Assembly (NCBI GenBank): GCA_038227875.1
Contig: JBBRPR010000003.1
Coordinates: 32,001-96,000 of the forward strand
DNA: 64,000 nt
Direction: 5' to 3'
DNA from: Planctomycetota bacterium
GTDB lineage: Bacteria > Planctomycetota > SZUA-567 > H5-PLA8
The position numbers and the translations under genes were made by a program. A model generated the notes under the pieces. It was not told the DNA's origin, ran no database searches, and was given only the letters and a program-made list of their open reading frames with translations. The stretch's first letter is position 1. Every line of letters begins with the position of its first letter. Positions 36,444 to 45,986 of this stretch are shown here, piece after piece.

Positions 36444-36947
36444 ATGGAAATGGAAATGTTTCGAGATCTGTTTATCGAAGAACTTCAAGATCTCTATAGC
36501 GCCGAAACGCAACTGATCAAAGCGTTGCCGAAGATGGCCAAAGCCGCAACCAACGCCGACTTGAAGAAGGGTTTCGAGCAGCACTTGGAGCAGACGAAAG
36601 GTCATGCCCAGCGTCTCGAAAATATCTTCACCAAGCTCAATGAGAAATCGAAGGGGCATAAGTGCAAGGCGATGGAAGGGCTGATTGCCGAGGGCAAGGA
36701 ATTGATCGACGACCACGAAGCCGGCGAATTGCTCGACGCGGGTTTGATCTGCGCGGCGCAGAAAGTTGAACACTACGAGATCGCCAGCTACGGCACGGCG
36801 AAAGCCTGGGCCACGCAGTTGAGCCTGGATGACGTGGCGACGATCCTGGAAGAAACGCTGGACGAAGAGAAGGAAACGAACGAGAAGCTGACGGAACTGG
36901 CGACGTCCACGGTCAACGCGGAAGCGATGGCCGGACACGAGCAATAA
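36444..36947 (+). CDS. yciF: Ferritin-like DUF892 stress protein
   Basis: ELQDLYSAETQLIKALPKM, CKAMEGLI, AAQKVEHYEIASYGT; AGGAG RBS. Confidence 0.92.
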   Translation: MEMEMFRDLFIEELQDLYSAETQLIKALPKMAKAATNADLKKGFEQHLEQTKGHAQRLENIFTKLNEKSKGHKCKAMEGLIAEGKELIDDHEAGELLDAGLICAAQKVEHYEIASYGTAKAWATQLSLDDVATILEETLDEEKETNEKLTELATSTVNAEAMAGHEQ

Positions 36948-36952
36948 CAACG

Positions 36953-36992
36953 CTGCGCCGCGGAACACGGAGTTCCGCGGCGCAGTATTTTT
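36953..36992 (+). terminator. Rho-independent terminator
   Basis: CTGCGCCGCGGAAC-ACGGA-GTTCCGCGGCGCAG followed by TATTTTT. Confidence 0.75.
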
Positions 36993-37008
36993 CGAACACC
37001 CCACTGAC

Positions 37009-37770
37009 TCAATAATTACATTCGTCGAACGCGTGCTTGAGCGCCGGGAGCGCGCTGCCTTTGGGCATGAACTCCTGGCCGACGAAGCCTGTGTACCCGG
37101 TGGCGCTGATCGCCTTGGCGATCGCCGGATAGTAGAGCTCCTGATCTTTGTCCAGATCGTTGCGGCCGGGATTTCCCGCGGTATGGAAGTGGCCGATGTA
37201 CTGAATGTTCTCCTTGATCGTGCGGATCACGTCGCCTTCCATGATCTGCATGTGGTAAATGTCGTAGAGCAGCTTTACGCGCGGCGAATCGACGCGCTTG
37301 ATCACGTTGACGCCCCACATCGTCCGGTCGCACTGGTAATCCTTGTGGTCGACTTTGCTGTTAAGCAGTTCGAGCACCAGCGTGACGCCGGCGGCCTCGG
37401 CCGCCTTTTTGACGCGGATCAGGCCTTCGGCGGTGTTGTCCAAGCCGCGGTAGTCGTCGAGCCCGCAGCGGTTGCCGCTGAAGACGATCAGGCACGGAAT
37501 CTTGTTTTTCTTCGCCACTTCCAGCTTGGCGCCGATTTCGTTTTCGATACGCGAATGGTTCTCGCGCTTGTTGAGGCCGTCGGTGAGCGTGCCGTGTCCG
37601 CCCACGGTGGCGACCGTCATGCCGGCATCGTGCACGGCCGACCAGTATTTCTCGTCGATCATCTCGACGCCTTTGTAGCCGAGCTTGGCGGTCTCCTTGA
37701 TGAAGGCAAGCGGATCTTCCGCCTTACCGCCGACGCACCACCACGCGTACGATTGCTTGAACGTTGACAT
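37009..37770 (-). CDS. Hydroxypyruvate isomerase-family TIM barrel
   Basis: LELLNSKVDHKDYQCD, LLYDIYHMQIMEGD, HFHTAGNPGRN; AGGAG RBS. Confidence 0.88.
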   Translation of the reverse strand: MSTFKQSYAWWCVGGKAEDPLAFIKETAKLGYKGVEMIDEKYWSAVHDAGMTVATVGGHGTLTDGLNKRENHSRIENEIGAKLEVAKKNKIPCLIVFSGNRCGLDDYRGLDNTAEGLIRVKKAAEAAGVTLVLELLNSKVDHKDYQCDRTMWGVNVIKRVDSPRVKLLYDIYHMQIMEGDVIRTIKENIQYIGHFHTAGNPGRNDLDKDQELYYPAIAKAISATGYTGFVGQEFMPKGSALPALKHAFDECNY

Positions 37771-37876
37771 GCATGCTCCTTGAAATCGATTTTTGAATAC
37801 CAGTGGTGCGGGCGTCTGACGCCCGCACAATCATTATCTTTTTACCGGGCAGTGACGCCTGGTCCACTGGAGAGTG

Positions 37877-38881
37877 CTACAGCGTTACGGGCTTGCCGGT
37901 GCGGATCGATTCTTCGGCGGCGATCGTCAGCAGCGCGGTCTTGGCGCCATCCTGGTACGGTGACTTCACGGCGCTGGGGTCCTTGCGCTTGATTGCGTCG
38001 ATGAAGATGCGGTCTTCCTTGCCGAAAATGTCGTCTTCGCCCTTGATCTCTTCGCTCCAGCCGCCGGTGTGCTCGATCTTCACCGAATGTTCCCAGCCCG
38101 TGAAGCGCGCGGTTTCGGCCGTACCGTGAACGTTCAGAAACACGCCGCCGACCGGGGTCTGCACCGACGAGAAAAGCGTCGCCACCGCGCCGTTCTTGAA
38201 ACGGATGTTCACGGCGCTGGCGTCGTCCATGGTGTAGCCAGGATGCGGATCGCTGAAGGCTTTCGTGAAATGCGTGAAGACTTCCGCTGCGTCGCCGCAA
38301 AGGTAGCGCACGACGTCGAACGTATGCGTCGACTGCTCGATAATCTGCCCGCCGCTCTTGGACTTATCGCCCCACCACGATCCGATGCCGGATTCCGCGA
38401 GCTTCGGCCGCTTACCAGCGCCTCCGCCGAGCCAGCCGCCGTAAACAACGACCGGCGGATTGGCGACGAAGAGTTCCTTCGCGCGCTGCACCGACTTGCG
38501 GTGGCGGTTCATGTAGCCGACGCAGGACATCACGCCGGACTTGTCGGCTTCCTGGCTGATCTCGGTGATCAAGCCCGGATCCTTGCCGACGGGCTTTTCC
38601 ACGAAGAAGGGGACTTTGTGTTTCATGGCGAGCAGTTCGGGTTCGCCGTGTGCGAAGGGCGGGAGCAGCAGAAAGACAGCGTCGAGCTTTACATTCTGAA
38701 ACATCTCCGCCGGCTTGTTGAACGCCACGCCGCCATTTTCGGCCGTCATCTTCTGAGCGGCTTCGAGACGGACGTCGCAGAACGCCGCGAACTCCACGTC
38801 CTCGAAACCCTTCATCGCCTTGACGTGTGCGGCAGCCATGCCGCCGGCACCCACGAACCCGACCTTGAATTTCTCAGCCAC
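37877..38881 (-). CDS. Gfo/Idh/MocA oxidoreductase
   Basis: GFVGAGGMA, FVEKP, SGGQIIEQSTHTFD; GGAGG RBS. Confidence 0.9.
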   Translation of the reverse strand: MAEKFKVGFVGAGGMAAAHVKAMKGFEDVEFAAFCDVRLEAAQKMTAENGGVAFNKPAEMFQNVKLDAVFLLLPPFAHGEPELLAMKHKVPFFVEKPVGKDPGLITEISQEADKSGVMSCVGYMNRHRKSVQRAKELFVANPPVVVYGGWLGGGAGKRPKLAESGIGSWWGDKSKSGGQIIEQSTHTFDVVRYLCGDAAEVFTHFTKAFSDPHPGYTMDDASAVNIRFKNGAVATLFSSVQTPVGGVFLNVHGTAETARFTGWEHSVKIEHTGGWSEEIKGEDDIFGKEDRIFIDAIKRKDPSAVKSPYQDGAKTALLTIAAEESIRTGKPVTL

Positions 38882-39167
38882 GAGCGATTCCTCCAGTGTT
38901 GGTTTGAGTTTGGAATGGTTGGAATGATTGTATTTTCTGGCATCCCGCCACGGCCCACCGCGACAGGTCTGCTATCTAAACACGAGTGCAGTTTTGCAGC
39001 AATGGAGCGCTTGGGAGAAGTTTTGTGTAATCTGGTAATCGCCACCGAAGTTGATAAAGTATCCGAAGTGGTAATTTGCAATGCCGAATGGCGCAGAGTT
39101 GTTGTACGTGTGGAACCTTAGTAGCCATGGCTATTAAGGTCAAAGTGACTCGATTAAGTGATAGCGT

Positions 39168-40007
39168 ATGAAAAAAGCTCAGAACTTCACCGTCCGTGTC
39201 GGGCACCGCGAGCCACTCGACCCGCGCCGCAGCGCCGTGGCCGCGGCTGCATTCATGCACAACAAGACGCAGTGGGTCCGCCGCCGTGTGATCAAGGTCG
39301 AAGAGTACTACATTATGTACGTGCTCAACGGCAGCGGCACGTACGAGGATCCGCTCAACGGCCAGATCGCCGTGAACGAAGGCGACGCGATCATCACGTT
39401 TCCGGGCCTTGAGCACACCTACGGTCCGACGACGATGTGGGACGAAGCCTACATCGTGCTGCGCGGCCCGATGTTCACGCAGCTCGAAACCGAAGGCGTC
39501 CTCCGCCGCAACAGTCCAGTGCTCTCCTTGGGCAACTCACCGGCGTTGAAATCGTCGGTGATGTCGCTGGTCGAAGATTTCCTGCGCGAACAGCGTCTGG
39601 CCAATCCGATCCAGACCGCGCGCGCACACATGCTGGTCGCGCAGATGATCGACACGCATCTGGCTCACGTCGCCGCGAGCGCCACGCAGCCGGGCGCTGA
39701 TTTTGTCCGCCGCGCCTGCGCGCTGCTCGAGACGGACCTCGATCGCGAAACCGACTTGCAGCAAGTCTCGCGGCGTTTCGGTTTCGGCTACGAGCGCTTC
39801 CGCAAACTATTCGCCGACGAAACCGGCGTCTCCCCCGCACGCTACCGCATCCTGCGGCGCATCGACCACGCCAAGTCCCTCTTGATGGAAGGCCGCGTCC
39901 CGATCAAACGCATCGCCGAACAGCTTGGCTACTGCGACGTCTACTTTTTCGCGCGCCAGTTCAAGCAGGTGACGGGGAGGACGCCGAGTGAGTTCAGGCG
40001 GTTTTGA
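39168..40007 (+). CDS. AraC-family transcriptional regulator
   Basis: N-terminal cupin; C-terminal IAEQLGYCDVYFFARQFKQVTGRTPSEFR. Confidence 0.92.
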   Translation: MKKAQNFTVRVGHREPLDPRRSAVAAAAFMHNKTQWVRRRVIKVEEYYIMYVLNGSGTYEDPLNGQIAVNEGDAIITFPGLEHTYGPTTMWDEAYIVLRGPMFTQLETEGVLRRNSPVLSLGNSPALKSSVMSLVEDFLREQRLANPIQTARAHMLVAQMIDTHLAHVAASATQPGADFVRRACALLETDLDRETDLQQVSRRFGFGYERFRKLFADETGVSPARYRILRRIDHAKSLLMEGRVPIKRIAEQLGYCDVYFFARQFKQVTGRTPSEFRRF

Positions 40008-40034
40008 AATAGTCGATGCGCAATGTCGGGAGTT

Positions 40035-40130
40035 GAAGGCAGAAGGCTGTGACAGTAGGCAGTCTCGTTTTGCTGTGAGCAGGAATTGTGATTATGCAAG
40101 ACCACCAACTGCTGTGCCTTCTGCCTTCTA
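40035..40130. repeat. Inverted heptamer repeats (AAGGCAG)n/(CTGCCTT)n between convergent genes
   Basis: gaaggcagaaggctgtgacagtaggcagt ... tgccttctgccttc. Confidence 0.55.
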
Positions 40131-41039
40131 CAATGTCTTCACCCACGCGTACACCAGCCCCTCGATCTCCTCGATCGTGTACTTGTTGTCGAACATCGCG
40201 CGCAGGGAGTCCTGGGGCTTTTCGTCCTTGGCGTCGCGGACGCGTGCGTAGAAGGCTTCGAGTTTGCCTTTGTCCTGCAGGTACTGCATCAGGTAGCGCA
40301 TCGAGGCGTAGTTGGAGCCGCGGTGATCGCCGTAAAAATCGGCGTCGCTGATGCCGATCAAATCGCGGTAGTGTGCGGCCTTGCCGTTGGCGAGGTCCTG
40401 GAGCAGACCTTTGAGCCGCCAGTTCTTCACGCCGATGACTTTGCGGGTCGAACTGATCGTCGGCATCTCGTAGAGACTGCCGAGACCTTCGTTCAGCCAT
40501 GCCGGGATGGAAGGAAAATCGGCCTCGGCCATTGCATGCGTCATTTCGTGAGTCAGGGTGCCGTCGCCGGTGCCGATGTTCATCACCAGCGCGCGTTTGG
40601 CGCGGCTGAAGTAGCCGTAGGGCGTGGTCGGCTTTTCCTTGTAGAGTTTCAGATTCCATTTGTTGTAGCTCTCGCCGTCTTTGAAGAGCATCACTTTCAG
40701 CGGTTCGGTCACGGTCGCTTTGGTAAAGAGCTGGCGCTGAATCTGCGCAGCGTAGAAGCCGATGGTCCAGTCGGTGATCGAGCGGAGTTCGTCCGGTTCC
40801 AGATCGGTGGCGATCAACCACGGTCCGACGTTGGCGTAGCGGAACTCGCGGCCGAATTCGGCTTTCATCTCCGCGACCATCGGGTCAGATTTTTCCGCCG
40901 CCGGCGCCGTCCACGGCAGCCGCGGAGTGGCCGAGGCCATCTCTTGCGCCGAGCCGTCGCCGCGGGCGGACTCAGCAAAGGCGAAAACGCCCAGCGTCAG
41001 CGATAGCGCGGCGAGTATCGATAGAATTCGGACACACAT
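40128..41039 (-). CDS. Secreted zincin-like protein (DUF1570/peptidase MA-like)
   Basis: Signal peptide; TLTHEMTH (HExxH) and PAWLNEGLGSLYE. Confidence 0.75.
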   Translation of the reverse strand: MCVRILSILAALSLTLGVFAFAESARGDGSAQEMASATPRLPWTAPAAEKSDPMVAEMKAEFGREFRYANVGPWLIATDLEPDELRSITDWTIGFYAAQIQRQLFTKATVTEPLKVMLFKDGESYNKWNLKLYKEKPTTPYGYFSRAKRALVMNIGTGDGTLTHEMTHAMAEADFPSIPAWLNEGLGSLYEMPTISSTRKVIGVKNWRLKGLLQDLANGKAAHYRDLIGISDADFYGDHRGSNYASMRYLMQYLQDKGKLEAFYARVRDAKDEKPQDSLRAMFDNKYTIEEIEGLVYAWVKTL

Positions 41040-41201
41040 GTGCGTGCACCTCCATAATCCGTGCTTCTATTAATACATCGAGATTGAAAAGGTCACCGTA
41101 ACAGCCCGGTAAAATGTTTTTTCAGGGTTGCGCCACAGTGGCCTGCGAATACTGTCGATTGAGTAAGTAAGTCACCCGGTTGATGCATCGCTGGAGGTAC
41201 T

Positions 41202-41762
41202 ATGGCCGCCTCAAAACACCATCCTCACGTTCTGATTCTGACCGGCGACTGCGCTGAAGCGCTGGAGGTGCTCTACCCGCTGCAGCGGCTACGCGAAGGA
41301 AACTACGTCGTGGAGCTCGCCACGCCCAACGGCAAAGTCGTGCGCAGTGTCATCCACGATTTCGAGCCGGAATTCGAAACGTACACGGAGAAGCCCGGCT
41401 ACCGCATCCCTGCCGATCTCTCTTTCGCGATGGTCAAGGCCGACCGCTACGACGGCTTGGTCATTCCCGGCGGCCGCGCGCCCGAGTACATCCGCAACGA
41501 GCCGCGCGCGCTGGAGATCGTCGAGTCCTTCATGAAGGCGAAGAAGCCTGTCGCCGCGATTTGCCACGCGGCTCAGATGCTGGTGGCCGCCAATCTATGT
41601 AAGGGCCGGCGCATGACCTGCTATCCGGCCTTGCGACTCGACGTCGAACGCGCCGGCGCGACGTTCATCGACGCTGAAGTAGTCGTCGACGACAATCTCG
41701 TCACGTCCCGTGCGTGGCCCGATCATCCCGCCTTTATGCGTGAGTTCATAAAGAAGCTGTGA
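41202..41762 (+). CDS. DJ-1/PfpI family protein
   Basis: IPGGRAPEYIR, AICHA, LVTSRAWPDHP; GGAGG RBS. Confidence 0.92.
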   Translation: MAASKHHPHVLILTGDCAEALEVLYPLQRLREGNYVVELATPNGKVVRSVIHDFEPEFETYTEKPGYRIPADLSFAMVKADRYDGLVIPGGRAPEYIRNEPRALEIVESFMKAKKPVAAICHAAQMLVAANLCKGRRMTCYPALRLDVERAGATFIDAEVVVDDNLVTSRAWPDHPAFMREFIKKL

Positions 41763-42958
41763 ACCGCGCAGGGGACCCGACACCGCAATCACAGACTCGT
41801 TTTTGGGACCGCGATTGCCGGGTCTTTCTCTTCGTTATCGTCTGCACCTTTTTTGGACTGCGGTTGGGGGGCGCGCTGCCCGAATTCTGGTGGGACAAAT
41901 TTCCCAGCCCCGACGCGGTGCCGTTTGCTGACCTGGTCTTTATCACGCAGGGCGGTGAAGCGCTGGCCCATGGAGAGCCTGCGGTCGCGACGGGCGCTTT
42001 CTCCTATCCCCCGCCCTGCTATTGGTTCGGCTACCTGGGCCTGCGCGACTCGCATCGCATTATTCTCGGCTGGGCGCTGGCTGTGGTTTTCTTCGCCTCG
42101 GTACTCTGGATGAGCGGACGCATTGCGTTCGTGCACGCGCCGCTTTATCTGGTGCTGCTCTGCTCGCCGCCGTTGGTGCTGGCGGTGAGCCGGGGCAATA
42201 TCGATCTCTTTGTGGTCATCCTGATGGCCTGCGCCGTCGCGCTGCTGGGGAGACAAAGCCCGCTGCCCAGAGCGTTCGCGTACGCGCTCATTTTTTACGC
42301 CGCGCTGTTGAAGCTCTATCCAATCGCGGCAGTGGTCGTGGCGGTTCGCGAGCGCCGGTGGCGTGGCGTGCTCATCGCCACCGGACTGGTGGCTGCGTTT
42401 GGACTTTACGCCTGGGTGATTCGCGACCAATTGCGGCAGATGACGCTGCTGGTGCCGCACGGTAAATATCTCTCGTTTGGCGCGGCAGTGCTCGTCGATC
42501 GAGCCACAGCCAACTACGCGTACAACAAAGGGATCGGATTCGGCCTGAGCGCGCTGGTGCTGGTCTGTGCCTGGCTGACCAGTTGGCGGGGAAGGTGGGC
42601 GGGAGTGCTGGCCGCGCCGGAATCCAGATCGTTGGACGCCTTCCGAATTGGCGCGGCGCTCTTTGCGGGCTGCTTTGCGGTGGTTCAGTACAATTTCATT
42701 TACCGCTTCGTCGTAGTGCTCCTGACGGTGCCGCAATGGATCGCGTGGAGCCGGAAACTGGGATTGACTGCCTCGCTCGCGACAACGGCATTGACACTGC
42801 TGGTGCTGACCTTCTGGATTCCCCGCTACCCGTGGAACTGGACGCAACTGGACCAAGTGTGCGATCTTGCCTTATTCGCGCTGAATCTCTTTGCCTTGGT
42901 GGACTCGCTGCCGGCGCACTACCGCATTGATCGCATCAATCGCCCGGCGGAAATTTGA
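41759..42958 (+). CDS. Polytopic membrane protein, GT-C (GT87-like) glycosyltransferase
   Basis: PFADL, YPPP, RGNIDL and KLYP motifs; many TM helices; GTGA overlap with upstream gene. Confidence 0.65.
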   Translation: MNRAGDPTPQSQTRFWDRDCRVFLFVIVCTFFGLRLGGALPEFWWDKFPSPDAVPFADLVFITQGGEALAHGEPAVATGAFSYPPPCYWFGYLGLRDSHRIILGWALAVVFFASVLWMSGRIAFVHAPLYLVLLCSPPLVLAVSRGNIDLFVVILMACAVALLGRQSPLPRAFAYALIFYAALLKLYPIAAVVVAVRERRWRGVLIATGLVAAFGLYAWVIRDQLRQMTLLVPHGKYLSFGAAVLVDRATANYAYNKGIGFGLSALVLVCAWLTSWRGRWAGVLAAPESRSLDAFRIGAALFAGCFAVVQYNFIYRFVVVLLTVPQWIAWSRKLGLTASLATTALTLLVLTFWIPRYPWNWTQLDQVCDLALFALNLFALVDSLPAHYRIDRINRPAEI

Positions 42959-42998
42959 CGCTCTCTCGCGGCGCTGTTTGTGGTACATATCACCCATC

Positions 42999-44015
42999 AT
43001 GACACGCACCGGTCCGGCGTCGCTCGACGTCATCATTCCGCTCTTTAACGAAGAGGAGATGATCGATCTGCTCACGGCGGAGCTGTCGCGTACGTTTTCG
43101 CCCGAAGCGCTGGCCAAGCACGGGCTCAGCCGCGTTCGTTACATCATGATCGACGACGGCAGCAGCGACAATACGGCCACGGCGGTGAGCGCGAAAATCG
43201 CCGCGGGTTTTCCGGCAGTGCTCTGCCGGCTCTCGCGAAATTTCGGACATCAAAACGCTGTCTGCGCCGGTCTGGATTACTCGGACGCCGATCTGACCGG
43301 TGTCATCGACGCCGATTTGCAGGACCCGCCGGAATTGCTGCTGCAAATGGCCGACAAGTGGCGCGAGGGGTTCCACGTCATTTACGCCGAGCGCCGCAAA
43401 CGCCAGGAATCGGTGGTGAAGCGGATTGGCTACTGGTCCTTCTATCGCATCGTCGCCTTTCTCTCGAGCGTCCACATGCCGCTGGACAGCGGCGATTTCT
43501 GTCTGATGGATCGCCAGGTCGTCAAAGCGCTGCGGCGGCTGCCGGAGAATCTGCGCTTCGTTCGCGGCCTGCGCGCGTGGGTGGGATTCAAGCAGACGGG
43601 ATTGCCCTTCGACCGTCCCGCGCGCAAGGCCGGCGTGACCAAATACTCCTTCGGCAAATTGTACAAACTGGCCACCGACGGCATCGCTTCGTTCAGCATC
43701 CGGCCCTTGAAAGTCGCGCAGGTTTTGTCGTTCTCCTATTTTATTCTCTCCGCGGGGCTGGTCGGATTTCTGCTCGTGGGTTTGCTGCTGGGCCACCAGT
43801 TTTCCATTCCGCCGCTGACGCTGATTACTTATTTGCTGATCGTCTCGGGCAACGGTGCGCTCTGCTTGTGCGTGTACATCTTGGGCGCCTACGTGGGACG
43901 CACGTATCTGGAGGTCAAGCAGCGGCCGGTCTATATCGTTCAGGAAATCGTCCACAACAACGACGTCGTCGGCACACCGAGAAACGCCGCCGACGCGCCG
44001 CACGTCCTCGATTGA
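42999..44015 (+). CDS. Polyprenol-phosphate glycosyltransferase (GtrB/ArnC-like GT2)
   Basis: IDDGSSD, LSRNFGHQ, IDADLQDPPE, GDFCLMDR, two C-terminal TM, EVKQRPVY. Confidence 0.9.
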   Translation: MTRTGPASLDVIIPLFNEEEMIDLLTAELSRTFSPEALAKHGLSRVRYIMIDDGSSDNTATAVSAKIAAGFPAVLCRLSRNFGHQNAVCAGLDYSDADLTGVIDADLQDPPELLLQMADKWREGFHVIYAERRKRQESVVKRIGYWSFYRIVAFLSSVHMPLDSGDFCLMDRQVVKALRRLPENLRFVRGLRAWVGFKQTGLPFDRPARKAGVTKYSFGKLYKLATDGIASFSIRPLKVAQVLSFSYFILSAGLVGFLLVGLLLGHQFSIPPLTLITYLLIVSGNGALCLCVYILGAYVGRTYLEVKQRPVYIVQEIVHNNDVVGTPRNAADAPHVLD

Positions 44016-44021
44016 CCAGAA

Positions 44022-45935
44022 TCAATGCCCGTTGCTTGACCGCGCGGCATACACGGCGAAAAATCCATCGCTGATCGGTTTGACCGTCATGCCGGGCGGA
44101 ACGCGCGGCAGCGTTCGCTTCAAGATCACAATCACATCGCAATGGTCGCGGGCGAATGCCTGCTCCAGGTCGATGAAATCATCGTCGTAGCGCGTGACGA
44201 AATGTTCAAAATGGGGCCCGAAGAGTGCGTATTCGGTGACGAACGTTCCGGTGCCGGAACCGATCCGCGACGGCGGCAGGCCGGCGACAAAGTGCTCCAG
44301 TGGAATCACGCGCGAATTGCCTCGCCAGCGTTGCTCCTCGGGCGGTAGTTGCCAGATCGCCGGCCCGGCTTTGGTGGGAATGAGCGGTTTGTCGAGATTC
44401 AACAGCAGAGTCATGAACGATCCCGTGACGGGCAGCACGGTGATAAGCGACCACGCCACGCGACGGGTCGACCGTGAGCACTTTCCTGAAATCCACCAGA
44501 GCCCCCACGAGCCCAATGTGACCGAACAGAGCATGGGGGCGCAAAAAAAACGGCCGGCGGTCTGGTAGCGCAGCATCACCAGATGAAACACCGTATGGCC
44601 TACCGGAAGCGCCGCCAGTCCCAGCCAGACCAGGCCGCTGGTTCTCCGTCGCAGGAGCCGGGCGGCAGCGCGGACCATGGCGATCAAACTTCCCAGCATG
44701 ATCAAGTCGCCGGCCACTCCAAACCACGCGAACCGGTCCGTACGCTCGTTGTAGTCAAAGCCGAAGTAGCCGCCAAACAGCGTGGACTCCGGCGCGTTCA
44801 GCCAGCGTTCGTCGGGAAAAAAGTACTGGACCTCCCGCTTGAATTTGTCTTCAAGGCCATCCAGTGGGTATGGCAGGTCGTTGGTATCGATGACATCGCT
44901 GGCCAGTCGCAGCGCATTGACCGCGACGGTCCTGCTGTTGGGATAGATCACGAAGACGTGGCTATGCTCGCAGACAAAGTGGCCGATGCTCCGGTACACG
45001 CGCAGCATGTGCGGCACGGTGAAGAGCAGTATTCCCAGCAGCATGACGCCGCCGATGCCCGCCAGATCCGGCAGCGACAAAGTCCGGTAACGCCTCGCGG
45101 CGAGGACATACAAAACCGCCAGCCCCGGCGCGAGAAACCAGGTGGTCGGCTTGGTGCCGCCGGCGAGACCCACACTGATCGCGGCCAGCAGCGCATACGG
45201 CGTGAACGCGCGCTGCGCGAAGCTCAGCGTAAAGTAAACGGCCGCCACGCAGAACCAGGCGGCGATGCCGTCCACCAGCACGCTGGTTGCTTGAATGGCG
45301 ATCTGCGGAAAGCCCAGTGCCAGCGCCGCGCTAAGCACGACCAATCCCCGCGGAAATTTCAGACGCCACGAAATTCCGGCGACCGCAATCGCACCAAAGA
45401 TACTCGCGAACCACGAGACCAGCGCCGCGAGGCGGTCGCTGTGCGTCAACGCGCAGCTCCAGATCATCAGCAGCGTCGCATTGATTGGGAAGAGAGTCTC
45501 TCGCTGGTCCGGCGACGGGAACACGTCTAGCGAATTGCGCGCAAGGTATTGGAAAATGCGCGGCAAGTGATACGCCAGCCCGTCCGGAGTATTCGGCGGA
45601 ACCGCAATCGCGAGCACGAACAGCCCTGCGTAAGCCACACCGACAAGGCGCAGCGGCCACGAGCGCACGAAATCCCACGATGGTTTTTGGATCAGCGCTC
45701 TGGGTTTCAGCAGTGCCGCCGCACCGGCGGCAACGAGTGGCGCCGCAAACCAGTGCACCGGACTGTTGAGAATTCGGAGCAACGACAGCGTTTCGCCAAG
45801 AAGGACGATTCCCGCGGCGCAAAAAATGGGCGCTGCGACCGCGCGATCGAACGAGCGGTCAAAGAGCCGGGCCGCCACGCGATAGCTGGCGTACCCCGCG
45901 GCGGCTGCGGATATAAACCAGGCTAGAAATCCCAT
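44022..45935 (-). CDS. Polytopic GT-C (ArnT/PMT-like) glycosyltransferase
   Basis: PPNTPDGLAYHLPR loop, QATSVLVD, GLAGGTK; many TM helices. Confidence 0.7.
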   Translation of the reverse strand: MGFLAWFISAAAAGYASYRVAARLFDRSFDRAVAAPIFCAAGIVLLGETLSLLRILNSPVHWFAAPLVAAGAAALLKPRALIQKPSWDFVRSWPLRLVGVAYAGLFVLAIAVPPNTPDGLAYHLPRIFQYLARNSLDVFPSPDQRETLFPINATLLMIWSCALTHSDRLAALVSWFASIFGAIAVAGISWRLKFPRGLVVLSAALALGFPQIAIQATSVLVDGIAAWFCVAAVYFTLSFAQRAFTPYALLAAISVGLAGGTKPTTWFLAPGLAVLYVLAARRYRTLSLPDLAGIGGVMLLGILLFTVPHMLRVYRSIGHFVCEHSHVFVIYPNSRTVAVNALRLASDVIDTNDLPYPLDGLEDKFKREVQYFFPDERWLNAPESTLFGGYFGFDYNERTDRFAWFGVAGDLIMLGSLIAMVRAAARLLRRRTSGLVWLGLAALPVGHTVFHLVMLRYQTAGRFFCAPMLCSVTLGSWGLWWISGKCSRSTRRVAWSLITVLPVTGSFMTLLLNLDKPLIPTKAGPAIWQLPPEEQRWRGNSRVIPLEHFVAGLPPSRIGSGTGTFVTEYALFGPHFEHFVTRYDDDFIDLEQAFARDHCDVIVILKRTLPRVPPGMTVKPISDGFFAVYAARSSNGH

Positions 45936-45986
45936 CGATCCGCGTGGCCTCGCGTGACTGCCAAGTGTAACGTTGCGAGTTGGATT